The notes beneath the pieces are model-generated. The model saw only the letters and a program-made list of their open reading frames with translations. It was not told where the DNA came from and did no database searches. The translations under genes were made by a program, and so were the position numbers. Below, piece by piece: positions 37,361 to 48,313 of a DNA stretch of 64,000 nt (position 1 is the stretch's first letter; each line of letters starts with the position of its first letter). The DNA comes from a virus (lineage: Duplodnaviria; Caudoviricetes), in IMG/VR virus record IMGVR_UViG_2582580961_000003, positions 6,302 through 70,301 of that record. One strand, written 5' to 3'.

Positions 37361-38860
37361 TTGCCCGATATCGAATTAGAGACAGTGGAAAGTACGATTA
37401 GAAAAGATTTTGACGTATACGTAAATGGATTTGTAGCCCAACTTTTCTCTGATGGAATCATTGATGAGGTTCAATCTGATCAACTGAAAAAATACTTTGC
37501 CAATCCAGATGAATTCAGAGAAGAAATTGCCAATATTGCGGAATATTACCATATAAGCAATGGCGATGTATTCCAATTGTTTAATACAGTGAGAGTCCTC
37601 CCTACCTTGAATTATAAGTTAGACTCTTACGATAAGAATAAATCATATGGCAAATATATATCTCTTATAAATAAAACTCTACATAAAGTACGTCATAAGT
37701 CTTTGACGAGAGATATTATATCACAAACAATTTCATCAGGAACTCTATGTGGGATTTGGGTTGGGAACAAAAACAATCCTTATTTCTACATATTTGATAA
37801 TACAAAAATAGCATTGCCTTCTCATCGTGAACAAGGTCAATGGGTTGTTAAATTTGATTTGGGTTATCTAAATCAATTGGAAGAATCAGACCAAGATGTA
37901 ATATTTAGAAATCTCTCCCCTTTTGTAACAAGAGAAAAGCTTAATGCATACAAGAACGACTTAAATAAACGATATGTTTATCTCCCTAAAGATCGAACTG
38001 GTGTAATTAGAACTCACACTCTTAAGAGGAATCAAAATATTGGAGTAAGCTGGGTTACACAAGGATTGTTTGACATCAATCACAAAAAGAAATTAAGAGA
38101 TTTGGAGAAGTCGGTTGCTAATAAGATTATCAATGCTATTGCTGTGTTGACTATTGGTAGTGAAAAAAATCCTGAATACGCTCATGCTAAATTAGGTACA
38201 AACAAGAAGAAAAAGTTATACAGTGGTGTTAAGAGCGCCTTAGAGAAGAATAACAAATCTGGTGTAACCGTTGTTGGGATACCTGAATATGCAAACTTAG
38301 ATTTTCCTGATATTAAAAGTGGTGACAGCTTAGACCCTAAGAAATTTGAATCAATTAATAATGACATCTCATCTAGTTACGGTCTTGCTCCTGCTTTGGC
38401 TAATGGAACAGGTTCAAACTTTGCTTCAGCAAATCTAAACTTAACAATGTTATACAAACGTGTTGGTGTGCTATTGGAAGATGTAGAAACGGAAGTGTAT
38501 GGAAAACTTTTCAACATTATCCTCCCTTCTAATCAATCCGATAACTTTTTCATGTCTTATGACAGAGAAGCACCTCTAAGTTTAAAAGAGAAGATTGATG
38601 TATTACATAAACTTCATAGCGAAGGATTTGCTGTGAAGCCAATTATTGATTTAATTGATGGTGTGAATTATGAGAGCTATATTGAGCAGTCTATCTATGA
38701 GCTTGATGATTTGAAGCTCCCTGAGAAAATTAGACCTTACCAAACTAGCTATACTGTCAACTCAAGTGGTGACTCTGGAGCGCCAACTAAAGATGATTCT
38801 ACCAATGAAAATACAATTAAGTCTAAAGAATACGATGGCAACAATGCTCCTGAAAGTTAA
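37361..38860 (+). CDS. yonE: Portal protein (YonE-like)
   Basis: ~500 aa directly after terminase; SPbeta synteny. Confidence 0.75.
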   Translation: MPDIELETVESTIRKDFDVYVNGFVAQLFSDGIIDEVQSDQLKKYFANPDEFREEIANIAEYYHISNGDVFQLFNTVRVLPTLNYKLDSYDKNKSYGKYISLINKTLHKVRHKSLTRDIISQTISSGTLCGIWVGNKNNPYFYIFDNTKIALPSHREQGQWVVKFDLGYLNQLEESDQDVIFRNLSPFVTREKLNAYKNDLNKRYVYLPKDRTGVIRTHTLKRNQNIGVSWVTQGLFDINHKKKLRDLEKSVANKIINAIAVLTIGSEKNPEYAHAKLGTNKKKKLYSGVKSALEKNNKSGVTVVGIPEYANLDFPDIKSGDSLDPKKFESINNDISSSYGLAPALANGTGSNFASANLNLTMLYKRVGVLLEDVETEVYGKLFNIILPSNQSDNFFMSYDREAPLSLKEKIDVLHKLHSEGFAVKPIIDLIDGVNYESYIEQSIYELDDLKLPEKIRPYQTSYTVNSSGDSGAPTKDDSTNENTIKSKEYDGNNAPES

Positions 38861-38875
38861 AGGAGGTGATTACAT

Positions 38876-40156
38876 TTGAAAAAGAAACTCTGTCAACTTC
38901 AGTTAAATGAAGTAAAAAGAATTAATGACCCTACAGTTCTGCACTGTACCTTTTCTATTTTAGATTTTGATGTATCTCATAATAAAGCAATTATCACGAA
39001 AGACATGGCTGCCGAATTGGCTAAAACAGTTCTAAATAAACCAATTGTTACTAAATATCATGAGGTTGAAGAAGCAAACACCCCTACTGATGCTCTAGGT
39101 AGTCATGAAGCTAGATTAGGTGAAAATAGAAATGGTGAATTAGATATCCAATTAAACACTGCTCCAATTGGTGTATTTACATCAGAAGGATATTTTTCAG
39201 AAATTACTCTGCCTAATGGTGAAACGAAAGAAGTCCTAATGGCAGATGCAATTTTATGGTATTCGAGATATACAGATGCTTGCGATTTACTATTAGAGTG
39301 GTATGACCGTGGTATTAATATCAATGCCAGTTGTGAAATTCTTTACCAAAATTATTCATTCCGTGATGGAGTAGAATATATTAATTCTCCTGTTTATTTT
39401 GATGGTCATTGTTTATTAAATTCTGAGAAGCGTGGAGATCACGATGTCGTCTTACCTGCTTATGAATCTGCAAAGCTTGTAAGTTTCAATCAATTCCAAG
39501 AGTTTAATAAACTTGTCGCCCAAGCAAATGAACAAGATAATGAAAATAAGGAAGGTGAAAATATGGAGGAGAAAAATACCGAGCAACAAGAAGAAGTTGT
39601 TGAAGTCAAAGAAGAACAGCCTGAAGTAGTAGAGGAACAAAAGACTGAAGAAGTCGTTGAACAAGAAGAAAAACCTGAAGATGACAAAGCTGAAGAGATT
39701 GTTGAAGACTCTGAGCAAAAACTTTTGCAAAATGAAGTAGTTGAATTGAAAAGTAAATTAGATACCCTTCTATCTGAACAAAAAGACCTTGAAAGCAAGT
39801 TTAATGAAGCAACTGAGAAGTTACTAAAGGCAAGTTCAGAGTTGGAAGAGTTAAAGGTTTACAAAGAAAAATATGAGAGTGAGCAGCTTGAAAAGCATCT
39901 TAATGAAAAACAAGAATATTATCAAGCTAAATTTGAAGCTGTTAATGCTCTAGAAAAATTCAACAGTGACGAAGTTCAATCTTTAGTTAAAGAATCAGTT
40001 CACAAAACTGATGCTGTTTTACAGTTAAATAGTATGCTTGTTGAATTAGTTACACTTCCCGTAAAAGAAAAAGAAGATGGCTTTGTTAAAGAAATGTCTA
40101 GTAAGCGTGAAAACCTGCTACCTTCTAATGAAGATTTCGATAGCAGATATAAATAA
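38876..40156 (+). CDS. yonD: YonD-like prohead protease/scaffold
   Basis: DFDVSHN, ASCEI, PAYESAK, then an acidic coiled-coil C-terminus. Confidence 0.7.
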   Translation: MKKKLCQLQLNEVKRINDPTVLHCTFSILDFDVSHNKAIITKDMAAELAKTVLNKPIVTKYHEVEEANTPTDALGSHEARLGENRNGELDIQLNTAPIGVFTSEGYFSEITLPNGETKEVLMADAILWYSRYTDACDLLLEWYDRGININASCEILYQNYSFRDGVEYINSPVYFDGHCLLNSEKRGDHDVVLPAYESAKLVSFNQFQEFNKLVAQANEQDNENKEGENMEEKNTEQQEEVVEVKEEQPEVVEEQKTEEVVEQEEKPEDDKAEEIVEDSEQKLLQNEVVELKSKLDTLLSEQKDLESKFNEATEKLLKASSELEELKVYKEKYESEQLEKHLNEKQEYYQAKFEAVNALEKFNSDEVQSLVKESVHKTDAVLQLNSMLVELVTLPVKEKEDGFVKEMSSKRENLLPSNEDFDSRYK

Positions 40157-40189
40157 TAAAATTAATATTATCTAAGGAGGAATTTATAC

Positions 40190-40714
40190 ATGGGTACTCG
40201 TGTATTAGATGCATTCTCAAATCGTGGGAATCATGAAGTTGGAAATTTATCAAGTTTAAAAATTCGTACATTAACAAATGGAGCTTTAGTTGTTGGAAAT
40301 ATCGACAATTTCACTGCTGTTGAGCTAGGTTTCGATGCAGATGGTGAGCGTGTAGCAAAACAACTTTCAGATGTAACTAAGAAAACATATTTAATTGCAT
40401 CTCCAGAACGCCGCTATTTAGGTGAAGAATTAGTAGATTTCTATAATGCTGAGGGTGAACGTGCTCGTATCGTGTTCTTTGATGAAGGATTCCGTTTTGA
40501 CACTTCTGCATTCTCAAAAAATACTGGCGTTACTGAAATTAAAAATGGTCAAGTAGCTCACTTTGATCCTGCTACAAAGAAATACATCATCTCTGCTGCT
40601 GACACTCCACATGCTGACTACGCAACTGCTGATAAGAAATTTTTAGTGGTTAGTGAAGAAAGCAACCTAGAATATACTTGTGGTAAACCACTTGTTCGTT
40701 TAGAAGTTCAATAA
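40190..40714 (+). CDS. yonC: YonC-like head decoration protein
   Basis: Position between scaffold and capsid; high-expression codon usage. Confidence 0.65.
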   Translation: MGTRVLDAFSNRGNHEVGNLSSLKIRTLTNGALVVGNIDNFTAVELGFDADGERVAKQLSDVTKKTYLIASPERRYLGEELVDFYNAEGERARIVFFDEGFRFDTSAFSKNTGVTEIKNGQVAHFDPATKKYIISAADTPHADYATADKKFLVVSEESNLEYTCGKPLVRLEVQ

Positions 40715-40750
40715 TAAGAAAATTAACTATAACTCAAGGAGGCATATATT

Positions 40751-41767
40751 ATGCTAGATAATTCTAAATTAAAAGGTTTATTTAGTCGTGTATTAAATTC
40801 TGCTGAAACGACTAATCAAGATGAAAAAGATATTAAAGAATATATTGTTAAAGTTTTCGGTGACGGAAGTGTTACTCCTGACCCATCAATGCTTCATCAA
40901 TTCAATAACTTAGTTGTTCAAAAGGCTGACGAAATTGCTAAACCAATGGTTACTAACATGTTAACTTTAATGGCTAACTTTAAAACATCTGCAATTGATA
41001 CTCTTGTTCAGTATGACTTACCAAAGAAAAGCAAAGCTAAGGTTGTTTGGGCTGCTAACGGTTCAGGCGTAGATTTAGTTCGTGTAGAAGGTAAAGCTAA
41101 AAAGATCGCTGTTCCTGCTAAATTTCAAACAGGTTTCTACTATGAGCCTCTTGATTTAGTTCGTGATTCAGTAGATGCGTTCCGTGCATTAGTTAGTGAT
41201 GTTGCAAATGCAAAAGTTCGCCTTTACATGACTGAAATTTCTCGTTTAACTAAACAGGCAATTGCTTCTTCTGCAATTCCATCTCCAAACGTAAAAGTTG
41301 GTAACAGCCTAGTGTTGGCTGATTATAATAAAGTTGCATCCACATTGGCTCGTTACGGTGGTCGCCCATTATTCATTGCTGATACACTTTTAATTGATCA
41401 TTTTGCAATGCAACAGGCAAGTGACAGCACGTATAGCAAACTTTTAACTGAAGGCTTAAAGGAAGAATTGTTAACTTCATTAAATCCATCTACAATTGGT
41501 CGCACAACTGCTGTCAACTTAGTCAACCCATTTTTAGATGAAACTAACTCTTCAGTTGAATTGCCAGTAAACGTTGGTTATATGTTCGCAGGTGGAGTTT
41601 CACAAAAACCATTCCAAATCGTTGAGTACGGTGGGATGCGTCAAATTACAGAACAAGACATGGAAGATGAGCGTGTTAAAATTAAGATTTACCAAGAAGC
41701 TGCTATTGACCTAGTATTTGGTGAAGCTATTGGCTACATTGAAGAGCAGGCAGCAGTGTCACTATAA
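40751..41767 (+). CDS. yonB: Major capsid protein (YonB-like)
   Basis: 338 aa, strong RBS, biased codons, terminator at 41779-41803. Confidence 0.8.
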   Translation: MLDNSKLKGLFSRVLNSAETTNQDEKDIKEYIVKVFGDGSVTPDPSMLHQFNNLVVQKADEIAKPMVTNMLTLMANFKTSAIDTLVQYDLPKKSKAKVVWAANGSGVDLVRVEGKAKKIAVPAKFQTGFYYEPLDLVRDSVDAFRALVSDVANAKVRLYMTEISRLTKQAIASSAIPSPNVKVGNSLVLADYNKVASTLARYGGRPLFIADTLLIDHFAMQQASDSTYSKLLTEGLKEELLTSLNPSTIGRTTAVNLVNPFLDETNSSVELPVNVGYMFAGGVSQKPFQIVEYGGMRQITEQDMEDERVKIKIYQEAAIDLVFGEAIGYIEEQAAVSL

Positions 41768-41841
41768 TACATAATTTGTAGGAGGCTCTTTTTGAGTCTC
41801 CTATTTAATTTAAAAGGATAAATACTTAGGAGGAATTTGAA

Positions 41842-42297
41842 ATGGAAAAAATGATCAAATTAGCACGTTACCGCACAACGCCTTATATTCACAATCATAT
41901 TACAAATGGTGGCACTAAAAAGTATGAATGGGCTGGAGCAACAGACCGTAAGATTGACATTAAAGCCATACCTGAAGAAGTGTTCGACTGGATGACTATG
42001 AACAGTATTTGTTTTTCCAAGGGAGAGTTAGTGATTGTGGAAGAAGATGAAACTCTTGTTGAAAATATTGTTGACGTAGAAGAGTACAAAAATAATACTC
42101 ATACGAAAGACGAGATTACTAAGATTCTACAAGGTAACTTACAAAAGATGAAAAAAGAGTTAGAGAAAATCACAGTTGACTCAGAAAAGAAATTTGTACT
42201 AAGTGTCGCCCAAGAACTTAAAGAAGATTTAGCTCAAGGTAAAGTTAAATTCCTTTCAGATTGGTTGGGTGTTTCATCTGACGTATTGAATGACTAA
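41842..42297 (+). CDS. YonA-like virion/assembly protein
   Basis: Synteny after the capsid gene. Confidence 0.65.
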   Translation: MEKMIKLARYRTTPYIHNHITNGGTKKYEWAGATDRKIDIKAIPEEVFDWMTMNSICFSKGELVIVEEDETLVENIVDVEEYKNNTHTKDEITKILQGNLQKMKKELEKITVDSEKKFVLSVAQELKEDLAQGKVKFLSDWLGVSSDVLND

Positions 42298-42310
42298 GAG
42301 GTGATTAAGC

Positions 42311-42715
42311 ATGACTTCTTATGATGAGATTTGGTTGAGTTTTTTAAATAATTGCAAGATGAATAAAAACGAAATCCCAACTACACCCGAGATGATTTAT
42401 GAGTGTATTCAGAATGCAGTGAGTCATTTTAATAACCGCTTACGAACAAAAGTTAGCTGCAATCATCAAAACGAATCAGTGGACAGTGTTCTTTCTGAAG
42501 ATGAACTGCTTATTTTATCTCATATGATTAAGTTAATTTTAATTAAGAATGAACTTGTATATCAATCCACATTACTTCAACCTTTTCAGAAAGACATCGG
42601 TATCAAAAATTATAATGTACAAATTAATGCATTAAGAGAACAAGTCAAAGAAGTTGAAAAAGATGTTGAAAGACTAATATTTAATGCAGATGAGGAGGAT
42701 TATGGTTATGTGTGA
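42311..42715 (+). CDS. Putative head-tail adaptor
   Basis: MTSYDEIW..FL N-terminus; synteny. Confidence 0.6.
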   Translation: MTSYDEIWLSFLNNCKMNKNEIPTTPEMIYECIQNAVSHFNNRLRTKVSCNHQNESVDSVLSEDELLILSHMIKLILIKNELVYQSTLLQPFQKDIGIKNYNVQINALREQVKEVEKDVERLIFNADEEDYGYV

Positions 42716-42923
42716 CAACTTAAGCTATTCCCCTCTTCATGAAAAATGTTTGAGACTGAGTAAAAAGAATAATAGCGTCTTATTTAAGCTTGAAAAGTAT
42801 TTAGGAAAGTCTCTTATGTCAAATGAGGATTTGATTATAATTAGAGACACTATTTTAAGTGTTAGCGCTGAGATATCAAGATTGCCTAAAGAAACAATGG
42901 ATGATAAAAATGAGAGACTTTAG
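42708..42923 (+). CDS. Small hypothetical protein
   Basis: RBS GAGGAGG; coupled to both neighbours. Confidence 0.6.
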   Translation: MCDNLSYSPLHEKCLRLSKKNNSVLFKLEKYLGKSLMSNEDLIIIRDTILSVSAEISRLPKETMDDKNERL

Positions 42924-43551
42924 CAGTTATTACAATAAAACAAACCTTAATGAAAAAATAGTTAATGATGGAACAGAAATATTCGATATTACACTTCGTG
43001 ATGGTTATGAATCTTATGATGTTGAAATTGACAATTTTCCCATAAGAGCCGTTATATACAACAAGTATAATTCTAACGCCTCCTCCTACTACATTATGAC
43101 AAAGTTAAACATTCATGAAAGAGGAAGCATCGTAAATTGGAAGAGTCAAAAATGGATTGTTTCAACAAGACCTGAATCAAATGGTGTATACATTAAGTCT
43201 GAAATGAAATTATGTAATACATTTATCACTCTGACTGGTAAAACAGAACAGGTTCTTATCGGGACTGACCCTAGAACTGGAAAGCCTATTTATAAAACAA
43301 TTGTAACTGAACCGATTAAAGTTCCATGTGTAGCTGAGAAAACAATTTACCGTAATGCAACAGATGATGCTATTAATCTTCCAGATGGACAGTTGTTAAT
43401 TACAATCCCTTATATGAAACATGCAGATTTAACTTATAACAAAGAAATGATTATGTACGATGAGCCATACAAAATTATCAATATGGATGACACGCAAAGT
43501 ATTGATGGTATTGGTATTCGTAAAATCACATTAGAACGTGTGGTGAATTGA
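42910..43551 (+). CDS. Putative head-closure/neck protein
   Basis: Beta-rich ORF in the head-tail cluster. Confidence 0.6.
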   Translation: MRDFSSYYNKTNLNEKIVNDGTEIFDITLRDGYESYDVEIDNFPIRAVIYNKYNSNASSYYIMTKLNIHERGSIVNWKSQKWIVSTRPESNGVYIKSEMKLCNTFITLTGKTEQVLIGTDPRTGKPIYKTIVTEPIKVPCVAEKTIYRNATDDAINLPDGQLLITIPYMKHADLTYNKEMIMYDEPYKIINMDDTQSIDGIGIRKITLERVVN

Positions 43552-43552
43552 T

Positions 43553-44038
43553 GTGAATATGACAAAGTATTTAGCTACTTTTTATAATGTACTAACTCAG
43601 AACGAAGAATTAAAAAGGTTGCTAGTATATAAGCCTGAACATGGATTGGATGACCCTCTCTCCCCCGATAAAAATGACATTGGCATGGATTGGGATTTAA
43701 TTGATCAAGTTATTATGCGCTCTGTTGTAACCGATGACTTAAGTAATGATAGCAAGTGTAGGATTTGTGTTTATTCTGGTAATCGAACTCCTGATAAAGA
43801 GAATTATATGTATGCTACGCAGGATATTATTTTTGATGTCTATGTACATGCAAAACAATACGACTCTATTGATTTCAGGCTTACAACTATTTGTGATTAT
43901 TTGAATAAATTGGTTGTTAATAAACATTTAACAGGCTTAACTAAAACCAGATTCTTAGCAGGTCAAACTGTTATGTCTCCTCCTAGTGGATTTGTTGGAT
44001 ATCGCCTATATTATAGAATTGGAACATCAACAAAATGA
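43553..44038 (+). CDS. Putative tail terminator/completion protein
   Basis: Synteny; IIFDVYVH...GYRLYY pattern. Confidence 0.55.
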   Translation: MNMTKYLATFYNVLTQNEELKRLLVYKPEHGLDDPLSPDKNDIGMDWDLIDQVIMRSVVTDDLSNDSKCRICVYSGNRTPDKENYMYATQDIIFDVYVHAKQYDSIDFRLTTICDYLNKLVVNKHLTGLTKTRFLAGQTVMSPPSGFVGYRLYYRIGTSTK

Positions 44039-44772
44039 GCAAGTTAGATAGTATACTTGGTAAACCTAGAATGATTGAAAATGTAGGTCTTATTTATCCA
44101 GTAAAGATTCGTGACTGGGAAGCTTTTGAGGAGTATGGTTCAATTTTTCAGTTTAAGAAAGAGCATTTCACAAAAGAACAAAATGATGACACCTTGCTTG
44201 AAACGATATTTAAACAAGGTGATTCAATGTTGTTACTGATTTTAGTCAAAGCATTGAGTATTGTACTTAAGATTGATGAAGGCTTAATAAGTCCTTTTGC
44301 AAATGATGGAAATGTAGGGTTTGTATTAGGTGGAGCAAATACAGATTATTGTATAGATCAGCATAATTTTGATGAAGTTAAGCAGGTAATTTTAGAACAA
44401 AATTTATTGATTGAGCCAAGAGTATTTAAAAATAAAATGTTTGAAGAAGTAGCGAATAAGTGGTTAGAGATGCAAACAAAGGACGGAATTTCACTTACGT
44501 TAGAAGATAAATTATCAACAGTGGCAGTCTGGTATGGTAAACGACCAAGTGATTTTTTAGATTATACATATTATGAGTTTGAAGCTATTTTTCAGCGTAT
44601 TTGTCAATTTCAATCATTCTCCTCTCAATCAATTATGTTTGCAAATCCTTATATGGATGCTTCAAATATGAAACTTATTCATTTCGCTGAATCAATAAAT
44701 CTTCGCAAAGACCCATATGAAGGATTTGACAAAGGTATTGATTTAAAAACATTAAAAGAAAGTGTTAATTAG
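44035..44772 (+). CDS. Tail-region hypothetical protein (YomV-like)
   Basis: Coupled ORF upstream of the tail tube gene. Confidence 0.6.
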   Translation: MSKLDSILGKPRMIENVGLIYPVKIRDWEAFEEYGSIFQFKKEHFTKEQNDDTLLETIFKQGDSMLLLILVKALSIVLKIDEGLISPFANDGNVGFVLGGANTDYCIDQHNFDEVKQVILEQNLLIEPRVFKNKMFEEVANKWLEMQTKDGISLTLEDKLSTVAVWYGKRPSDFLDYTYYEFEAIFQRICQFQSFSSQSIMFANPYMDASNMKLIHFAESINLRKDPYEGFDKGIDLKTLKESVN

Positions 44773-44834
44773 GAGTCTCTATTTATAGAGGCTTCTTTTT
44801 ATATTATCAAAATACACTCCAAGGAGGAAAAGAA

Positions 44835-45587
44835 ATGGGATTCATTCCAAACGTATTTAAGATGTTAATCATCGACAGCAAAAATAATGTATATGCTACA
44901 GATACATTACAAGAGTCAAATCTTCAGTTAGAAACTGAAACAAATGATGTTCGTGGTGGTGACGCTAACGGATTATTGGGAATTCTTCATGGAAGTAAAG
45001 AATTCACAATCACAGCTAATGACCCAAACTGGAATTTTGAAGTATTAGCTTTACACATGGGGGAAGATATTGTAACTGGCACTGGTGTTGCTTATGCTAT
45101 GCCTGACTATTATGAATTAGCTTTAGGCGAAGCACCAGCTACACATGAAGTTGAACTTCCTCATGTAGCAATTGACGGAACAGTTAAAGTTGAAAAAGAA
45201 GACGGTACACCTGTTACTGGTATTACTTTAAGTGGTAAAAAACTAGTTATTGCTGACCCAAATGTTAAAGAAGGAGAATATGTAAAAGTTGTTACCTATA
45301 AATACAACACTCCTGCTGGAACAAAAACAACTGAAATCTCTTCTGACAAATTCCCTAAAGATGTGAAGATCATCCTTGAGACAAAAGAGTTTGACTTTGA
45401 TGAGTCACCAATTCAATTAATTCAATTCCAATATGACCGTGTTAAGCCTGCTGCTAACTTCACAATGAACATTGGAACTGCTCGTGAAGCTGTAGCACAA
45501 GAGCGTTCATTCCGAGTTATGAAGCCAAGACGTAGCACCAAACTTGGTCGTATGATGCAAATCCCTATTGAAGATACTACACCCTGA
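44835..45587 (+). CDS. Major tail tube protein
   Basis: Strong RBS, biased codons, DVRGG motif, ends in CCC-TGA. Confidence 0.7.
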   Translation: MGFIPNVFKMLIIDSKNNVYATDTLQESNLQLETETNDVRGGDANGLLGILHGSKEFTITANDPNWNFEVLALHMGEDIVTGTGVAYAMPDYYELALGEAPATHEVELPHVAIDGTVKVEKEDGTPVTGITLSGKKLVIADPNVKEGEYVKVVTYKYNTPAGTKTTEISSDKFPKDVKIILETKEFDFDESPIQLIQFQYDRVKPAANFTMNIGTAREAVAQERSFRVMKPRRSTKLGRMMQIPIEDTTP

Positions 45588-45693
45588 ACACGCCCTTGAT
45601 ATGGGCGGTCTAGGATATTTATTAGATTAATAGATGCACTCTACTTCTAACAATAACCAGACCCAAGTTTATTATTGAGAGGATGTGAAAATT

Positions 45694-46113
45694 ATGCCAG
45701 ATTCTTATTTATATGATAGTAATGGATGGAAAACATCTGCACGTAAAGACTTTGACGGTAAGCCAGTAATGGACGTATATAACAAAGGTTCTATCGTTCG
45801 TGAATTTGCTTTACATAACGCTGCTACTGCTACTGGTAACGGCACTGAGTTAACTATCTTATCAAACAAAACATTGGCTGTTGAAATTTCAGGTACAGCT
45901 ACATCTCACAAACTAGTATTTGAAGGATGTTCAATTTCAGGTACTTGGTATCCAATTCAAGGTGTACGTTTAGCTGATTTCTCTATGGCTACTGAAACTA
46001 CAACTAAAGGTGAAGTGTGGCAATTTGAAGTAACAGGATTATCTAAATTCCGTGCTCGCTTAGCTACAGTTGCAGGTGGAAACATTAGCGTTAAAGGAAA
46101 TGCAGTATCATAA
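45694..46113 (+). CDS. YomS-like structural protein
   Basis: LHNAATATGNG...VEISGTATS...WQFEVTGL...ISVKGNAVS resembles SPbeta YomS as recalled. Confidence 0.65.
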   Translation: MPDSYLYDSNGWKTSARKDFDGKPVMDVYNKGSIVREFALHNAATATGNGTELTILSNKTLAVEISGTATSHKLVFEGCSISGTWYPIQGVRLADFSMATETTTKGEVWQFEVTGLSKFRARLATVAGGNISVKGNAVS

Positions 46114-46180
46114 TAAATATTTTTGGGGATGCCTTTGGTGTCCCTTTTTTTATACTTTTTTCACAAAGAGGAGGATTACC

Positions 46181-46678
46181 ATGAGTAAAAAGTTATCATT
46201 AAAGCAAGTTGAAAAAGAGAATGAAATCTATAAAGAAACAATTGATGTACCTATAAAAGTTAACGGTGAAGATTATACGATTGTTATGTATCCTTTCTTC
46301 TCCCCTACTCGTATCGAGAATGTTGTCAATGAATTTGCTAAATTTGCAGAAACTGCAAAAGAAGAAAAGTTAAAGATTAAAGAAAATGATGAGATTCATA
46401 TTGTCCATTGTTTTGTAATTAAGGAATTTACAGATATTAAGTTTACCGCAAGCAAAAAAGCCAAGACAATTTACGCAGAGTTTAAACAATTGATTAACAA
46501 CCCATTATACAAAGAACTAACAAACTATTTCTTAAAAGATTCAATGGATTTAGTTTATGAAGCATTCCAAAATGAATTAGCTTATTTTAAGAAAATTGAA
46601 GATTTAATGAGTAAGACACAACAAGAAATTCAAAACTTACCGATTGAGAACAAAGAAATTCTACTGAAAAGTGAATGA
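46181..46678 (+). CDS. Putative tail assembly chaperone
   Basis: RBS GAGGAGG; synteny. Confidence 0.6.
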   Translation: MSKKLSLKQVEKENEIYKETIDVPIKVNGEDYTIVMYPFFSPTRIENVVNEFAKFAETAKEEKLKIKENDEIHIVHCFVIKEFTDIKFTASKKAKTIYAEFKQLINNPLYKELTNYFLKDSMDLVYEAFQNELAYFKKIEDLMSKTQQEIQNLPIENKEILLKSE

Positions 46679-46684
46679 TGAAAA

Positions 46685-47113
46685 TTGAACATTAGTAATT
46701 TCAAAGACTTAGAGAAAGCTTTGAAAGGTAAAATAAATCAAGCTATGAGTACCGATGTGAAAAAAGAAGCTGTAAAAACGCTAAAAGAACACATTGTTAC
46801 AGATATTTATGATGAATATGACCCAAGTGTTTATGTTCGTACAGGTGGATTGTTGCAAGATAAAAATATCCAAACCATTATGGATGAAGTAACTGGTGTC
46901 TTATCTGTAAGAGGTGTTCGTAAAGAAAATGGTAAAGATATCAGTGCAATTATTGAGTATGGTATTGGATATGATTGGGAAGATTCTCGTATTGCTAAAA
47001 TGCAACCCTACCCTCGTCCTGCTCATGAGAATGCAGCGATTGAAATGAGAAAAGGTCGATTTGAAAAGACACTTATAAATGGATTAAGAAAGCAAGGATT
47101 GAATGTTAGATAA
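46685..47113 (+). CDS. Tail completion protein (HK97 gp10/YomN-like)
   Basis: YVRTGGL, IIEYG and PRP motifs. Confidence 0.65.
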   Translation: MNISNFKDLEKALKGKINQAMSTDVKKEAVKTLKEHIVTDIYDEYDPSVYVRTGGLLQDKNIQTIMDEVTGVLSVRGVRKENGKDISAIIEYGIGYDWEDSRIAKMQPYPRPAHENAAIEMRKGRFEKTLINGLRKQGLNVR

Positions 47114-47131
47114 TTTTGAGGAGGTGAAACT

Positions 47132-48151
47132 ATGAGCAATGAAATTGAAAAGAATATGTTACGTGATCGTGCAAAGCCAAGTAATGAAATTACCGATGAA
47201 ATGTGGGCTGAAGTAAATTCATTCAATCGAAACAAGGTTGAGGAATTTTTAGAAGAAAGTACCCACCTTTCTGTTCACAGTCAAAAACAATATAAATCAG
47301 CACTAAAGATTTTCTATCATTGGGTTCATTCTACATTGGGTGAAAAGAAGCTTATTTATCAAATTAAGAAAAAGGATTTCATGAGATTTCAAAACTTTTT
47401 AATTAGACGTGGATTATCTTCTAATGCTGTAAAGTTAAAAAGAAGTGCTATCTCATCTTTGAATAAGTATCTAATTAACTTCTATGAAGACGAAGAAGAA
47501 TTTGCAACGTTTCGCAACTTTGTAGAAGGTGTTCCTAATCCTGTACTAAACAAGACTTATGAAAAAGTAGTGTTATCTTTGGATGAAATTGATTTAATTT
47601 ATAAGACTTTGATTGATGACAAAAAATATCAAGAGTTACTAGGATTCATGTTGCTATATACAAGTGGATGTAGACGTGGTGAATTAATTCAAGTAAAAAA
47701 AGAAGTCGTTGATTATGAGCAAGTAAAAGATTCACAGACTGGTGAAAGTAAAGGTTATTATATGACCAATACTGTTCGTGGTAAAGGTAAAGGTGAATTG
47801 GGAGAACAATATCCCCTTTTATTTGATGATAAAGTTAAGGAATTAATGAAGTTATGGTTAGAGCAACGTGGTGAAGATGACAATGAATTTTTGTTTATCT
47901 CAAAACGTAATAACCAAATCACTCAGATTAGTACATCCACAGTCAACTACTGGTTTAAAGAAATATTCTCCGATATCGTAGGAAGACGTGTAAATCCACA
48001 TATCACTCGTTCGAGTCGCAGTACCCACATTTTAGAAAGTGGAGCTGACATTAAAAAAGCACAGCATCTACTAAGACATAAACAATCAAGCACAACTGAA
48101 CAATTCTATGACCTTCGTAAAGATAAAGATGACTTAAGTGGAATTTTCTAA
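47132..48151 (+). CDS. Tyrosine recombinase (YomM-like)
   Basis: SGCRRGEL, GKG, HITR, LRH and FY catalytic set. Confidence 0.88.
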   Translation: MSNEIEKNMLRDRAKPSNEITDEMWAEVNSFNRNKVEEFLEESTHLSVHSQKQYKSALKIFYHWVHSTLGEKKLIYQIKKKDFMRFQNFLIRRGLSSNAVKLKRSAISSLNKYLINFYEDEEEFATFRNFVEGVPNPVLNKTYEKVVLSLDEIDLIYKTLIDDKKYQELLGFMLLYTSGCRRGELIQVKKEVVDYEQVKDSQTGESKGYYMTNTVRGKGKGELGEQYPLLFDDKVKELMKLWLEQRGEDDNEFLFISKRNNQITQISTSTVNYWFKEIFSDIVGRRVNPHITRSSRSTHILESGADIKKAQHLLRHKQSSTTEQFYDLRKDKDDLSGIF

Positions 48152-48313
48152 ATACATAATTTAAAAAGGAGAGCATTTTTGCTCCCCTACCCTCTTATAC
48201 CTTCGTGTAAAATAACACTTTTATTTAGATTTATTTCCCCTATTCGTAGGGGTTTTACATGTGAATGAAAAGTACGTGATAATATTAATTTCTTTACTTT
48301 AGGTGGAAATGAG

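Noticed and set aside
47132-48151. Tyrosine recombinase as prophage integrase or boundary
   Set aside because: It lies inside the tail operon like SPbeta yomM; no att site or host genes are adjacent.
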